NCBI RefSeq assembly: GCF_018977255.1 | Contig: NW_024704743.1 | Span: 90,646,001-90,710,000, forward strand | Length of the DNA: 64,000 nt | Reading direction: 5' to 3' | Source: Callorhinchus milii | Lineage: Eukaryota | Part shown: piece after piece, positions 1-13,674 of the stretch | How the letters are laid out: every line of letters begins with the position of its first letter | Numbering within the stretch: the first letter of the stretch is position 1 | Translations under genes and position numbers: made by a program | Notes under the pieces: generated by a model | Databases searched by the model: none | Seen by the model: only the letters and a program-made list of their open reading frames with translations | Told to the model about the DNA's origin: nothing

Positions 1-2401
1 CTGACAGTAGGCCATCTACTCATAAAATAGGTCATTGGTCATAACTTCCCTCTTCTGTTATAGTGTTTTTACCCACCTTCAATTGTCTCTGTAATTATAA
101 AATTGTATGTTGTACTAAATCACAATAGTTAATGCCTTACAGTAGAACACTGCTTACCTGCTTGCCAATTATCCACGTGTCCAGTAATCTTCACTGGGTT
201 CTGAAGCATAGTGGATGTGAGGTCACAAGATACTAGCCAAAGCATTTAGTCACGTAACTGTGTGAGGTTACTAGGAAAGTAATTTTCCCTGACAGCATGA
301 CTACATTGCTTCCCTCGTAACCTTGCATACATGTTCACAACTTCATTCATGTGGACACTGGATCTTTTTTTTTTGCTTGTAGTGGAAAAGTAAGCATGAC
401 CCATGTAAGAAAATGTAGTAGACATAAAGTCGTAGTGAGAGATAGAAAGTTAGAGATTTGGAAGGAGAAAGAAAAAGTTAGTGGGAGGGCATCAGAGAAA
501 AAGGGTTGGCACAGTGCAGTATATTCATGACATTATAACCTGATGTATCAATGTTTCAGCACTGTAGCCAATTTGCATGATGTCCAATTATCTGCACTGT
601 TTGCATATCTGCAATGGGACTAATCTGGACTAGTGTAGATGTAGATAATTATCTCTCTCCTACACTTTAAATTCCAAAGCATCTTATTGACCTTTGCAAG
701 ATACTTGGCACTACAATGCATAATGTCTGCTGTAGGTTTTATGTTTTGGTTATAATGAAACACGTTGTATATTGAATCCATATGGGCAGATTATTGGAGC
801 TGTCCCAGTTATACTAGATGCCCTCAGCATGGTAACGCATATAAAATTCTTATTTATATTCCCATGTGTCCAAATAACTGTTTTATGTTATTAGTTTCCA
901 GCAGAAACAGGTTAGACGGTGGGGGTGGGTGGAAGGGGGTTGGGGGCATGGAAGCACAACAGCTGCTGCTTGTGTTACAGTTAAGTTAATATGTTCAGCC
1001 AGTGCAGCAAGCGAGATTCAGCACAGAGTCTCTTTGCGCACCGAGTGATTTTTGTGATGTTCGCGAATTGTACGTTAATTAACGTCACCGCTAATTAGCA
1101 GTGATCATTGTGAACTAATATTGAATGGGGTGGAAGTTTGCAAGCTGTTTCCACCTGTTCATGATTCCAAAATTAGAAGCCTTAAAGATCTAACAAAGAT
1201 CCATTATTGCCGCAATCCAGTTTTCAAACTCAATCTGCCATTGTATTGGGTTTCCATTCTTGAGGCCTACAGGGTATTGTCCTTTAGAGAGGTTTTGTTT
1301 GATGTAATAATTATTTTCAATGCTGAATCTTTAGAAAACAAGCAAAATTCCCTTCGTCTCCAGTTTAGCCCAGAAAATATTGTTAATAATTGAGGTTTTT
1401 AGAATACCTTACCACAAATGTTGTTCTGGCTGAGTCCATAAAGGCATTTGAAAGGGGTCTTGATAAATAGTCTTGATAAACCAGCACAGATACGATGGAC
1501 TGGTTAACTTCCTTCCGTGTTGTAAAGTCTTATGATTCTACTTCATAATAAGGCAATATCTTACTCTTTGCTCTGGGACGCAACACTTGTGTGCTGTGCT
1601 TTGTTTCCTCCTGTCTGGCTGTCAGTGTGTGCTCCAGTTAGTTTGGCACACAATATACGTTTAGCAATTAAAAAATCCTAGCAACGGCCAGAGAATGTTC
1701 AGAATGCCTGGGAGAAGTCTCCAGTACATGAAACCTCATTGTGTTCTCTCTTCATCTGAATGAGTTATGATACTAATAGTCAGAGCTCCCACAGACATTA
1801 AAGTCGGACCAATCTAATTACAAGGAGGAAAATAAAGTCTGCATGCATACAATAGTTGTTTTTAAGTACCATATTCTGACAAAAGCACATGGAAATTACA
1901 AGGAATTTTCAGTGTTTGCTTTTTAAAGATCGAAAATCTCCAGAAATATTATTTGAAGTATATACTGTACCCGTGATAATGTTTAATTTTGGGTGCAAAT
2001 GGAAAGAGGTAGTGAGTGTACTTTCCAGAAAATGAAGCAGCTACAAAGGGCATCGCTAAACTGAAGTCAGCCACAAACACGTAACAATACTTTGCATAGA
2101 AGCTACTTTATACAGCAACAAAGCAAATTGATGTGGGACCGTTAATAGTTTCACAAGTATTACAAGAGGCTCACTGGAGATCAGTATACAGAGTTGCGAG
2201 CACTTATTGTCAATCTGTCTCATTCTCCGTTTGGATATTTCGAAATTGAAATAAAATGTTATTCTTTCTCAGTAAAAATCACTTTCTATTTACAGCAGCA
2301 AAAGTGAACCACTACAACAGAATCATTGAGCTGCACTGTGCAGTGCAGTGTTGACAACAAAAGTAGAAATAACCAATGAGAAGTGGGCCTCAAGAAATAT
2401 A

Positions 2402-2407
2402 TTTATT
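2402..2407 (-). promoter_or_regulatory. Candidate polyadenylation signal (AATAAA) of DIPK1C
   Basis: TTTATT on + strand, about 410 nt downstream of the DIPK1C stop; position only, no transcript evidence. Confidence 0.4.
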
Positions 2408-2819
2408 GTAAAAGATTATCGCTGTTTTGAACAACGTGAATCAAAATGCTTCAATTTCTAAAAAAAAATCTGTAGGAAAAATACTATAAGTCATGTATTA
2501 ACTGTTTACACTTTGACCTCAAGACTGAAGTGTGTGTTGTAAAATATATATGTCTCAGCTATTCATGGTAATCTCCAACCCTATTTATACAAACACCTGC
2601 ATTAAAATGTAACCTGAAATGGGTCAATTCAGGTCACTTGAGATCCTCAGTTGGGTTTGATGTTTGTTTGGACTCAAAAGAACCTGGAGTTGCTTCTGAT
2701 GTTCGTGTCCTTCTCCAGAACAATGTTCACTCCATCACAATGCACAAGGGCTCAAGGTTCAATTCCAAAGGTCAGTTCTTTCGCCTGCTTAATAGTCAAT
2801 TTATGGTATAATGTCACAT

Positions 2820-3017
2820 TTATCTCTGCCAGGCCTTGAGCAAACCATACAGCTCCAAGAATGTAACCTCCATCGTTTTCTTGTCTGTAACGCCATGGAT
2901 GGACAACTCAGAACACCTCAGCACTGCATTACGCAGCTGAGATTGCAGTGGGTGATACATCCTAAGTTCACTCAGCTTTGAGATAAATAAGGGACGGAAA
3001 ATTTTATCACAAATAAC
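2820..3017 (-). CDS. DIPK1C: Divergent protein kinase domain 1C (FAM69C), coding exon 4 (last)
   Basis: Acceptor TTTTTTCACAG; reads VICDKIFRPLFISKLSELRMYHPLQSQLRNAVLRCS...LYGLLKAWQR-TAA; matches FAM69C C-terminus (VICDKIFR...LQ..L..AV..C); phase 0 fits exon 3. Confidence 0.93.
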   Translation of the reverse strand, partial: VICDKIFRPLFISKLSELRMYHPLQSQLRNAVLRCSELSIHGVTDKKTMEVTFLELYGLLKAWQR

Positions 3018-3571
3018 CTGTGAAAAAACAAGAGATCAAATCAGTCTTTAGATCCGAGGCCGGCAATAGTTTCATAGTTACAGGCCACAATTAGAAACTA
3101 CTAATAGTTTAAGGAAAAGGTAACTTGTTCAATGCACCGATGGACAGTGAACTGACTGACTCCTTCCAAATCTCCACTGGACTTTGGAAGGAGCCAGTTT
3201 TACACAAATTGACATACCTGTTACTTTGAGATCTGTGGACAGCACTGTGTGAGCCCCATTACATGGTTGCAATTTGGGCCAGATCAGATCAACCAGACCC
3301 CAGAAACCCACCTTGGACAGCTTCAGGCTTGTGCCATGATATCTGCAAAATTATCCCTCTCCCTATACTGCCTGGTTAGTAGTATTATCTGCCCTCTGGC
3401 TTAATATGCTGATGGAGATGCCTCATGTAAGGGAGGCAGTTGAGAGCAGCAGAGTTTTGTTTTGGTGATGCAGATCTTATTTCAATTGATGAAAGTAAGA
3501 AAGCATCACCTGCAAGGAAGGGTCCTATCCCCCAGTGAATCAATGGAATGAGGTTGGTAGGAAAGCCTCAT

Positions 3572-3633
3572 ACAACAACAACAACAACAAGATTCCATTT
3601 ATAAAGCGCCTTTCACGTCAGGAGGACGTCCCA
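3572..3633 (-). mobile_element. Extremely 5'-truncated young L2 LINE 3' tail
   Basis: Reverse complement of TGGGACGTCCTCCTGACGTGAAAGGCGCTTTATAAATGGAATC(TTG)n, same as the tails near 26400 and 50290. Confidence 0.8.
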
Positions 3634-3844
3634 TTGACTTCATAGAAGTCAAACCAGTTATAAAATGTCATGTCATTTATCCCTATAATTCAAAATGTTA
3701 CCATAAATCATTGGTAATGCAATGATTTTGAAAAATGAGCCAAAGGTAGTGTCTGACATCACATGGTGTAGGATTCTTTTTATAAATGAGGTGGGGGAAG
3801 AAGTTCAACACATTCTTTTCCCTTTAAGAGATGGTGAAGATTGA

Positions 3845-4350
3845 CAACAAGTTGCATTGATATAGCGCCCAATCACATAGGATAACTAATGTCTTGGAGC
3901 ACTGAACATGAACGGAGTTGGACAACGAGCAAGGGAGAATGGGGAGGTGACTGTAGGCATGTTCAAAGAGGTAGGTTTTGAGCTGAGACTTCAAGAACGA
4001 AATAGAGGGGTGAGCTGAAGAGAAGAGGGAAGGAGGGAATCCAAAGATTCGGTCGTAGGAATTAAAGGCTCACTCACCAATAATGGCACGGTGAGGGTGG
4101 GAATGCACTGCAAGCCTTGGGTAGAGGATCGGAGGTCAAGTGTGGAGGAGTAGGGTAAGAGAACATTGGAGAGATAAGGAAATGTCAGGGTGTGGATGGA
4201 TTTATAGATCAGGGTGAGGATCTTGAAATTGATCCACAGCGAATCAGGGAGCCAAAGGAGACTGGCGAGGACAAGAATGATGGGCATGTGGAGTTTGGTG
4301 CATCTGAGGATGTGGGCATTGGAGTTTTGGATGAGTTGCAGCTTGTGAAG
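3845..4350 (-). mobile_element. Old L2 LINE 3' fragment
   Basis: Degenerate L2 ORF2 C-terminus (WLP...INFKILTLIYKSIH...PYLS). Confidence 0.75.
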
Positions 4351-4702
4351 AATATTGTATTATAATACAAAAGAGTATTATTTTAACATGAAAAGTACAG
4401 TCATAGGAATTCTAGTACGTCAGGCCCCCCAATTATTTTATTACTGTGGAATCTCTTTATGAAAACACAATATAAATTATTCTCCACTCATTACTCAAAA
4501 GGGAATGGATTTGCAATGAAATGCATTTTGATCCTATGGATTTGCATAAATTGTGGTCAACAATGTGCTCTGAATGAGGCAGCCGAAGATCACTGTGTCC
4601 ATTTATGAAATGTTACCATCGTCTTCACGTAAACTTTCCACTTGACCAAAAAACAATGTTAGAGAGTTAATGATTCATAGTAAACTGCACTCTTGACACA
4701 AT

Positions 4703-5066
4703 AATAACAATCCTTATATTTGATATAGCACCTTATCATGTCTTTGAGTGGTCTCAAAGCGCTTCACAGAATATACTGCAAAGTGAATTGACTGTATACT
4801 CTGTGGGCAAAACATGACACCCAATTGCACACAGCAGTGTCCCACAAACCGTCATGGATTGAATGACCAAATTATTTTTTTTTTTGAAGGAATTAGTATT
4901 ACCCCTGGAAAAGCGATCTGCCAATCGACTGACACCCGGGTTCCTATTTACTGTTAGGTAAACGTGTGGAGTAAGGAAACTTGCCCAATATTTCACCCTG
5001 CTGGGAATTGAACCCAGGTCTCTCGCTTGCGAGGTGAGTGCTCTAACCACTGAGCTACAGAACTCC
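4703..5066 (-). mobile_element. tRNA-derived Deu-type SINE (long form)
   Basis: A box TAGCTCAGTGG, B box GGTTCAATTCC, central GGGACA.TGCTGTG.GCAATTGG, L2-like tail ending (ATT)n. Confidence 0.85.
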
Positions 5067-5248
5067 ACAATAATGTAAGCAAGACATTTGCCACATTTGC
5101 CAAAGATACATGGTTATGTTACTTGACAGTAGATACTGTGAAGTGCATTGACACATTCTACATTATGAAGTTTATCAAAAGTAGGGATATTATTAAAATA
5201 TCCTGACATATGATGTACTACTTTATAATGTCTGAATGTAGAGCTACG

Positions 5249-5584
5249 TGGAGTCCTACAGCTTAGTGGTTAGAGCATTTGCCTCGCAAGCGAGAGGACC
5301 TGTTTCTCCACATGCCTCTGTTCACCTGGGAGTAAGTAGGAACCTAGTTGTTAGTCGATTGGCAGATCACTTTTCCAGGGGACTAATAATTTCTTCAAAT
5401 ATCATACGAGTAGTTTGGTCACTCAATCCATGACTGTTTGTGGGACATTACTGGTGCAATTGGCTGCAGCATTTCGCCCACAAAATATATAGTCAATTCA
5501 CTTTACATTATATTCTGTGAAACGCTTTGAAACGTCTCGAAGATGTGATAAGGCACCGTATCAAATGCAAAGATTATTATTATT
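5249..5584 (+). mobile_element. tRNA-derived SINE (long form)
   Basis: Same family as 4703-5066, opposite orientation. Confidence 0.85.
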
Positions 5585-5676
5585 TTAAAAGAAAGCAATG
5601 AGTTTACAGAAATAACTGTATTACAAACTGCACGTGTGGCATGGTTAGTATGTTTCTCATATTTGACTATCAAATA

Positions 5677-5911
5677 TCCACACAGAGCCTAATAATAATC
5701 CCTCCAAAACCAAAAACAATAATAAATTGGTCATTTTCAATCCACGACTGTTTGTGGGACATTGCTGTGCGCAATTGGCTGCCGCGTTCGCCCACAAATA
5801 TACAGTCAATTCACTTTACAGTGTGTTCTGTGAAGCGCTTTGGGACGTCCTCCCGACGTGAAAAGCGCTATATCAAATCCAAGGATTATTATTATTATTA
5901 TTATTATTATC
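5677..5911 (+). mobile_element. Young SINE, 5'-truncated
   Basis: Near-identical to the 3' two-thirds of the copy at 43145-43473; (ATT)n tail. Confidence 0.85.
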
Positions 5912-6341
5912 ATTGCTGCAGGATATTTTTACAGCATAAGTGATTTCTTCTTAACTTAGAATTGATTCTTTTTTATGTTGTCTCTTCACAGGAATCTATT
6001 TTGCTGTGCTGAGCTTAGTAGTTTAATTTCTATTTTCTACAGTATAACAATACAGTATCTATGAAATGAAAATGTGTGAGGCACAAGGCACTCCAGGAAC
6101 ATAAAGCATGATAAGAAGGGAGACAAGGAGAAGAACACACATGGTGTGGTGGGTAGATAATATCTAGAAGCCAATAAGCAATAGCAAAATGAACAAGAGA
6201 GAACTAGGACCTGCAAATTGATATTCAGAAGGTATTCCTAATTGTGAGAACAAAACACTGTGAACCAGTGCTGATAGATCCACATGCAGTTTAAGGTTAT
6301 CTTAACAGATGGATAGCGAATAAAGACAAAATGTTTATTCA

Positions 6342-6581
<240 letters not shown>

Positions 6582-6989
6582 TTATCAAATGTTAAGGTTG
6601 TTTTTAACAAATTGTTTGAAATTACTGATGTGGTTTAAAGCAGGGGTCTTGACATTGTGATGATTTTCTCAATGAATGCAATACAATTGAAATTTATATG
6701 GAACCTTTTAGGGCAGGAGGACGTCTCAATGGACTTGACAATGCATGCTGCGGCTGGGAGCAGAAGGGGGTAGGGAAGGGGAGGGGAAAGATGTCCAAAA
6801 GGTATGGGCACCTGTAACCTGTCATCAGTACCATTGATGTAGGGAGCTCAGAGTTAGCTTTTGGCTTTATCATGAGCCTGTCATTGTTTGTATTGTACAA
6901 TTTTAAAACAAAGAAGGGAACTGACAATCTAAATAGTAGACAACTCTTTCCACTGTTAGTGAGATTCAGAACAAGGGCCAGAATCTTAA

Positions 6990-7800
6990 CAACAACAAAA
7001 TTACATTTGTAAAGCGCCTTTCACATTGGGAGGACATCCCAAGGCGCTGGACAGAGAGAGTTACGGACCCAAGCTGAGGGTCGGGGTGGGGGAGGGGGGA
7101 GGGCAGGGGGGGGAATATATAATAATAATAATAAGCAGGGAGATTGAAAGCACGGTCAAAGAGGAAGGTCTTGAGGTGGATCTTCACGGTGGCAAGGGAG
7201 GGGGCGAGACGGAGGGACTGCGGGATGGAGTTCCAGAGGGTGGGTGCAGAGTGGCGGAAGGCCCGCCCGCCAATAGTGGGGCGAGCAAGGCGGGGACATG
7301 AAGCAGACCGGAGCCCACTGAGCAGAGGGAACGAACAGGGTGGTAGGGGGTTAGGAGATTGGAGAGGTAGGGGGGAGCAAGACCATGGAGGGCTTTGAAG
7401 GTGAGGACCAGGATCTTGAACTGTATCCTCTGTGTGATGGGAAGCCGGTAGAGTTGGACAAGGATGGGGGTGATAAGGTTGCAGAGCCTCGTATGGAGAG
7501 GACATGGGCTGCAGAGTTGTGCATGATCTGCAGCCTGTGAAGGGAGGAGTTGGGGAGGCCGACAAGCAGTGAATTTTCATAGTCGAGCCTCGATGTAATG
7601 AAAGCGTGTACGAAGGGTTCGGTGGCCTGCAGTGAGAGGCAGTGGCAGAGCCGGGCAACGTTGCGGAGGTGGGGGAAGGCAGAGTAGGTCATGGCGCAGA
7701 TGTGGGGTAGAAAGGATAGTTGAGGGTCAAACAAGGTTCCGGACTGGCTTAGCAAGGTGGAGTGTGCAACCATGGATGGTGATGCTGTCAGCGCCTGAAG
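6990..7800 (-). mobile_element. L2 LINE 3' fragment
   Basis: FDPQLSF...[18 protein letters not shown]...GGRAF...APTLWNS; (TTG)n tail. Confidence 0.85.
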
Positions 7801-7814
7801 GTATACAATTAGAA

Positions 7815-8270
7815 AACAGGTGTCAGCCTGGCTAAGTTGGTAACAATCTTATTTATCCCCTGAGTCAGAAGCTTGTAGATTCAAACCCCACATTTCATGC
7901 CAGAACTTTGATCTTATGGTCTCCGCAGATGTTCCAATGAAGTGCTGGGTAAGTTCTGCATTGTTGGAAGTGTTGTCCTTTGGAGGAAATGTTAAAACTA
8001 GGACCTGTCTGCCCATTCAAGATGGTGTTAAAGATCCCATGGCACTATTTGGAAAGAGAAGAGAACTTCTTCTGGGTGTCCTAGCCAACAATTCCTAGAT
8101 AAAATTGATCATTCAATTCATGGCTCCTTGTGGGAGATTGCTATGCTCATATTGGCTGCCATGTTTGCCTGCAAATGTACATTTAGGACACCGTCCAGTG
8201 AAATCCTTTGAGACACTTTGATGATATGATAAAGTGCCATTATTAAATGCAAGGATTATTATTATTATTA
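7815..8270 (+). mobile_element. Older Deu-type SINE
   Basis: tRNA-like head (CTGAGTCAGAAG..GTAGATTCAAACCCCA), AAAGATCCCATGGCACTATTT core, (ATT)n tail; similar copy at about 43500-43915. Confidence 0.7.
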
Positions 8271-8867
8271 TTTCTTTACACTGATGTTTGTAAAAATGTA
8301 GAATACATTTACCTGGAAAGTGGTGTAAACAGGATCAATTGGGATACTTAAAAGGGAGATAGATGGTTACTGGGGAAAATAAGGTTATGGAGAAAAGGCA
8401 GGAAATTAGGTTTGAAAGATCCATCATGGTCCAATAAACTGGAACAGGCTCCACAGGCTTAATGGTCTCCTTCCATTCTTATATTTGTCATTAAACAACC
8501 AGGAAATACAGATGGCTGGTAAAACCAGGCAGTAATCACTCATACTCTCCAACTTAAAACCAGACATCCTCTCCTCCCATTTGAAGACATTGTGCTACTT
8601 TTTGTCTTCTACAGGGATACAGTGTTACAGGCATCTTCCAGTAGCTGACTTCAAACCAATTATTTTTTGAGAGTGTATAGATGTTAACAGTGTATCTATG
8701 CTGCCATTAAACAGGTGTTAACAATGTTTGGGTGTCAACAGTGTATAGACATTTACAGTATACAGGTGTAAACTGTGTATGTGTGTTGTCAATATACAGG
8801 TGTTATCAGTGTACAGGTGTTGGCAGTGATTAGTAATAATATTAATAATATCCCTACATTTGGTCAT

Positions 8868-9210
8868 AATATAATAATAATCCTTGCATTTGATATAGCG
8901 CTTTTCACATCTTCTCGACGTCTCAAAGCGCTTCACAGAATAGACTATAAAGTGAATTGACTGTATATTTGTGGACGAAACGCGACAGCCAATTGCGCAC
9001 AGCAATTATCCCACAAACAGTTGTAGATTGGAACTGTCCCACAAACAGTTGTAGATTGAAATTACTAATTTATTATTGTGGGATTTTTTTGAGGGATTAT
9101 TATCAGGCATGTGGAGTAAGGAAACTTGTCCAAGGTTTTACCCTGCCGGGAATTGAAACCAGGTGTCTCGCTTGCAAAGTGAGTGCTCTAACCACTGAGC
9201 TACAGGACTC
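8868..9210 (-). mobile_element. tRNA-derived SINE with small internal duplication
   Basis: Family consensus; TCCCACAAACAGTTGTAGATTG occurs twice. Confidence 0.85.
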
Positions 9211-10264
9211 CAAACAGGACTTTGGGAGGGAAGCCCAAAGCACTTCACAGAGTACACCTTAACATGTAGTGACTGTGTATTTTGCAGGCGAACGTGGCAG
9301 ACAAATTGCTCCACAGGGTTGTCCCACACACAAACAGCAATTTTGGGAATCAGTTTTATTTTGGGAGATTGTTGGGCAGGACAGTCTATCATATGTTGCC
9401 AACTCAATCTTAATTTTTAAGGTATATTTCATGAATAAGTTTCAAATATTTCGGAATATTATTCAAAGAGTCTATTTTTATCATTTTCAAATATATTTTC
9501 AATGTTTGCTTTTACTCTTTCCCATTTTAAACTGGTTTTACTTGTTTAAAATTAAGGCAGTTTTTCCTGGTGTCCTGACCAATATATTCCAGGTTAATTG
9601 GTTGTTTACTTTTTGAATGTTTGGGGATCTTTCCTGTGTAGCTCTGTTTGAGCACAAAAAAATTGGCACCACATTTGACAGTAATTTCTTGTGAAACACT
9701 TTGAGATGTTTCAATGCGAAAAAGTGCTATACAAATGTAATTGTCTCTTTTCTAAATGACATGCTAGACATCTCTATGCTTAAGAGGACTTGCAACCGTG
9801 ATACATTTTGACAGATTTATAATAAAGCTGCTTAGGTTATATTTCTGGTTTCAATCTCTGTTCTCTCAAGATCCTCCTCATCGATTGCGCCTTAGGGCAC
9901 ATTCCTGCCCTCCCTGCCCTCCACCCAACCCCTGATCCCAGCCCCCCGCTCGGGTCCAAATCCCTGACTGTCCAGGTCCTTGGGACTTCCTCCCGACATT
10001 AAAGGCGCTGTGTAAATGTAGCTTGTTGTTGTTGTTCACGTTTTAACTGGCTCCATTCTTACTGTGGAATAAACCTATGAGATTTTGAAAATAATTGAGG
10101 ACTTACAATGGGTGTATAACACTGAATGTTGCATAACATACCTAAGACAGCTCTATGAAACACATGTAATTTCTGGGACCCTTAACATTGATTTTATGAA
10201 TGAGAAACCAAAATGGACCTGTCTTTTAATGCTGTAGCTCTCATGATGTGGGCGCGCAAATTAC

Positions 10265-10960
10265 CGTCAGATCACTCCTGATGGCAAAGTTTTCTGGCTT
10301 GATGTCACAGAGATGAAGATGGTGGGAAAAGTCATTCTCAAAATGTCTGATTAGTTCAAGAAAACTCAGTGCAATTTCATTAATGGTGCGCCACAGCACC
10401 TTTCTGCTGCTGTCTCGCCAGGAAGGGTTGACTAGTGTTTCCACAGAGAAAAGGCTGTGATGCCAAGCGTGCCCAGCTGTAAGGTATTCAACTACATAAA
10501 AATGTCCACAGGAGCCCATCACTCTGGGGACATGCTTACTGAGGTCCTGCAGCAATCTGAAAAGCACGTATTCCTCCTGCTGTAGGAGTGACCACATGCT
10601 GGCCAGCTCTGCCCTGGAGTAGGAATCCCTTTTGTCTTTCAGCTGTTTGGCCCATAGCTGTGGTACTGTGGTGTTCTTCACCTCAAGCCCCAAGGCACGT
10701 TTGACTTCCAGTGCAGTAAAGAGGAGAATGTCAATGTCTTGAATGCTTCTGGTTTCTCGTTCATCCAACAGGTACAATCTGTCGTAACTAGAGAAATTTT
10801 CTAGTTTGGACTTCAGAATTACTGGCTGGCTGTTCCAATCTGCCTGGATGACTTTTTTGCCTTTATCATAGTAAAGGCATTGCTTATAAACCATTGTTTG
10901 TGTCACACACAAATCATCGCACACATCTCCGGTCAGTACTCCTTGCTTGTAGTCATGACA
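10265..10960 (-). CDS. DIPK1C: DIPK1C coding exon 2 (Cys-rich region plus kinase-like domain)
   Basis: 696 nt, TTTCAG acceptor and GTAA donor; CHDYKQGVLTGDVCDDLC...GKKVIQADW...LLQQEEY...GSCGHFY...HLCDIKPENFAIRSDLT. Confidence 0.96.
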
Positions 10961-11052
10961 CTGAAACGAATACACAATTAGGTTTACCGTGGTTTACTAA
11001 AGTTAAAACATTCAAAACATTGAAAAAGCAATTCAGTATCAGCAGCTCTGTT

Positions 11053-12065
11053 CAACAACAACAACAAGATTACACTTGTATAGTGCCATTCACGTCGGGA
11101 GGACGTCCCAAGGCGCTGGACAGTGTACAGCATTTCAGACCCGAGCTGGGGTCAGGAGGGGAAAAGGGAGGGGAGGGGAAGGGGAGTGGCCGATGGCATG
11201 GTCGAAGAGGAGGGTCTTGAGGTGGGACTTGAAGGAGGCTAAGGAGGGGACGAGGCAGAGAATTCCAGAGGTTGGGGGCAGAGTGGCTGAAGGCTCTCCC
11301 GCCAATGGTGGGGTGGGTGGGTTGGGGACGTGGAGCAGGCCAGAGCCGGCTGAGCAGAGGGAGCGGGCGGGTTGATAGGGGGTTAGGAGATCGCAGAGGT
11401 AGGGTGGGGCGAGGCCATGGAGGGCTTTGCAGGTGAGGACCAGGATCTTGAATTGGATCCTCTGAAGGATAGGGAGCCAATGGAGTCGGGCGAGAATGGG
11501 GGAGATGGGGTCACGGAGTTTGGTGCGGGAGAGGACACGAGCTGCAGAATTTTGGATTATCTGCAGCCTGTGGAGGGAGGAGTTGGGAAGACCGACAAGC
11601 AGGACGTTTGCATAGTCGAGCCTGGATATGATGAAGGAATGAACAAGAGTTTCAGCGGCCTGAGAGGTGAGGTAGTGGCGGAGTCGGGTGATGTTACGGA
11701 GGTGAAAGAAGGCAGAGCAGATCATGGTTTGGATGTGGGGAAGAAAAGACAGTTGAGGGTCGAACAAGACACCTAGGTTCCTGACTGGCTTGGTGAGTTG
11801 AAGTGTGCAACCATGGAGGTTGATGTTGCCAGAGCCTGAGATGCTGAGGCGCTGGCGCGAGACAATCAGGAGGGCCTCAGTCTTGTTCAACTATAGGAAA
11901 TTTGCCCTCATCCAGGACTTGATGTCCGACACGCAGTCTGTCAGGACAGCAGTGGTCCTGGAGTTGAGGGTGGAAGCAGAAAGATACATCCGCATACATA
12001 TGGAAGTTGACCCCATGTCTGCGGACGATGTCACCAAGGGGGAGCATGTAGATATTAAAGAGGAT
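11053..12065 (-). mobile_element. L2 LINE 3' fragment (RT C-terminus)
   Basis: [11 protein letters not shown]...KTEALL...[14 protein letters not shown]...SRLDYAN...LHWLPI...; frameshifted. Confidence 0.9.
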
Positions 12066-13674
12066 TCATTGAAATGCACGGCACTTGATTGAAAAATATT
12101 GAGGTTTGACTTTTTTTGAATCTTTGTGTTTCTGGGTTGAGTGATTGATTGCTGAGTTCAAGTTTAATGTTAGGTGCTGTGTTTATGCACTAAATTGAAA
12201 AGTAGTGTAAAAGGCGTATTTATTATGAAGGTGAAATTGTGACACTCCTAAAGGCGCTGTCCTTTAATTAATTTTCTTCCTTCAATTAGCCTTAAATATT
12301 TCCATATTCAATTTGTTGTTTCTAATCGCAGATAACACCTTCATACCTACTGAACCACCTTAGCCAAACTGATTTGCTCAACATCCAACCCTGCAACTAT
12401 GCAGCACTCTGAGACTCTATTCTATGTGTAGAACACCCTCAATGTGGATGGCAGGCACCACAAACTTGTGAGCAGCACAACTAAGCATGAAATCCATGAG
12501 AGCATTGCTATCATGCTCCTACCCACAGACTGGACCACCCCAACCCTCTTAATCACTGAACAATAGTTCCATCAGCTGGAAATGCAGAGCTTCAGCTGTT
12601 TACCTATTTGCATACCATGCCCTGTGTGTTCACAACAAAACACAAAGACAAAAGGGATTTGGACTCCAAGTAATGCCTTCCAGCAGTTGTCATCCAAGCC
12701 ACTAAGTTCCCTCATCAGCTATTCGATAGACACCTGCCCTCCATTTAGTGGGAGAAATTTTCAGGACAGCTTGTGACATTCTGGCCACTTTGATGTTCTG
12801 GAGGTGCTGGTGCAATGCCACGTACCAGGCTTACTCAGCACCAACTGCTTAATCCAGGTCCACATGTGAAGGTCTGTAACAAATAGACCTGCCTGTTGTG
12901 AAGCTGACCTTGACTCAAAGCTCAAAGAGTTGATCAAAGCTCCCCCTCCCTGTAGCCACTTCCCTTTTAAGCAAAAATCCACCTCTGCTTGGAATGCTGG
13001 ACTTCATAAATGGGCTGAAGGAAACCTTGGAACATCATGCAGTTTTATAATGTTTGGTGAGTCAGTTATTTTTCTGTTTGTACAATATTTCCCAGTATAG
13101 GAGTAGTATCATTGTCATTAGAAGAGTTAAGGGTTGCATCAGAAGATTTAACAGAGATTAGAATAAGGAATACTTTCCAAAAAATGGCTGCTGAGATTGT
13201 GACCAGAACAGTATTTAAAGGGCATAAACAATATAAACATTTGAATACAATTACATTGATATGTAAGTACCTTTTAAATTGGGAGGACATCCCAAGGCAT
13301 TTGAAAATATAGAAAAGGGTATAAAGAACAAGCAAGGTTCGTGATTAGAGTAGTTAATTTTAGCAGATGAGTTCACCACATGCTTAGGCTCGATGGGCTG
13401 AATAGCCTCCTATGCTATAGTTTCTCTGATTCTGCAAAACACATGCTATCCATCAAATACTTCATTAAGTGTTGAAAGACTAAGTCCTCAAATAGAAGAG
13501 AATTCCTTCAATAATTACATAGTGAGTATCAGTTACCTGTCAGCAAGTTAGAGGTTTAAAAGAAGATTTTAGATAACATGACAAACCACAAGATGGAAAC
13601 TCAAGTTGACATTATAGTTTGAAGTTTGGATTTTCCTTATTCTACTTTACAGGCATGTATTCACTATTATATAC

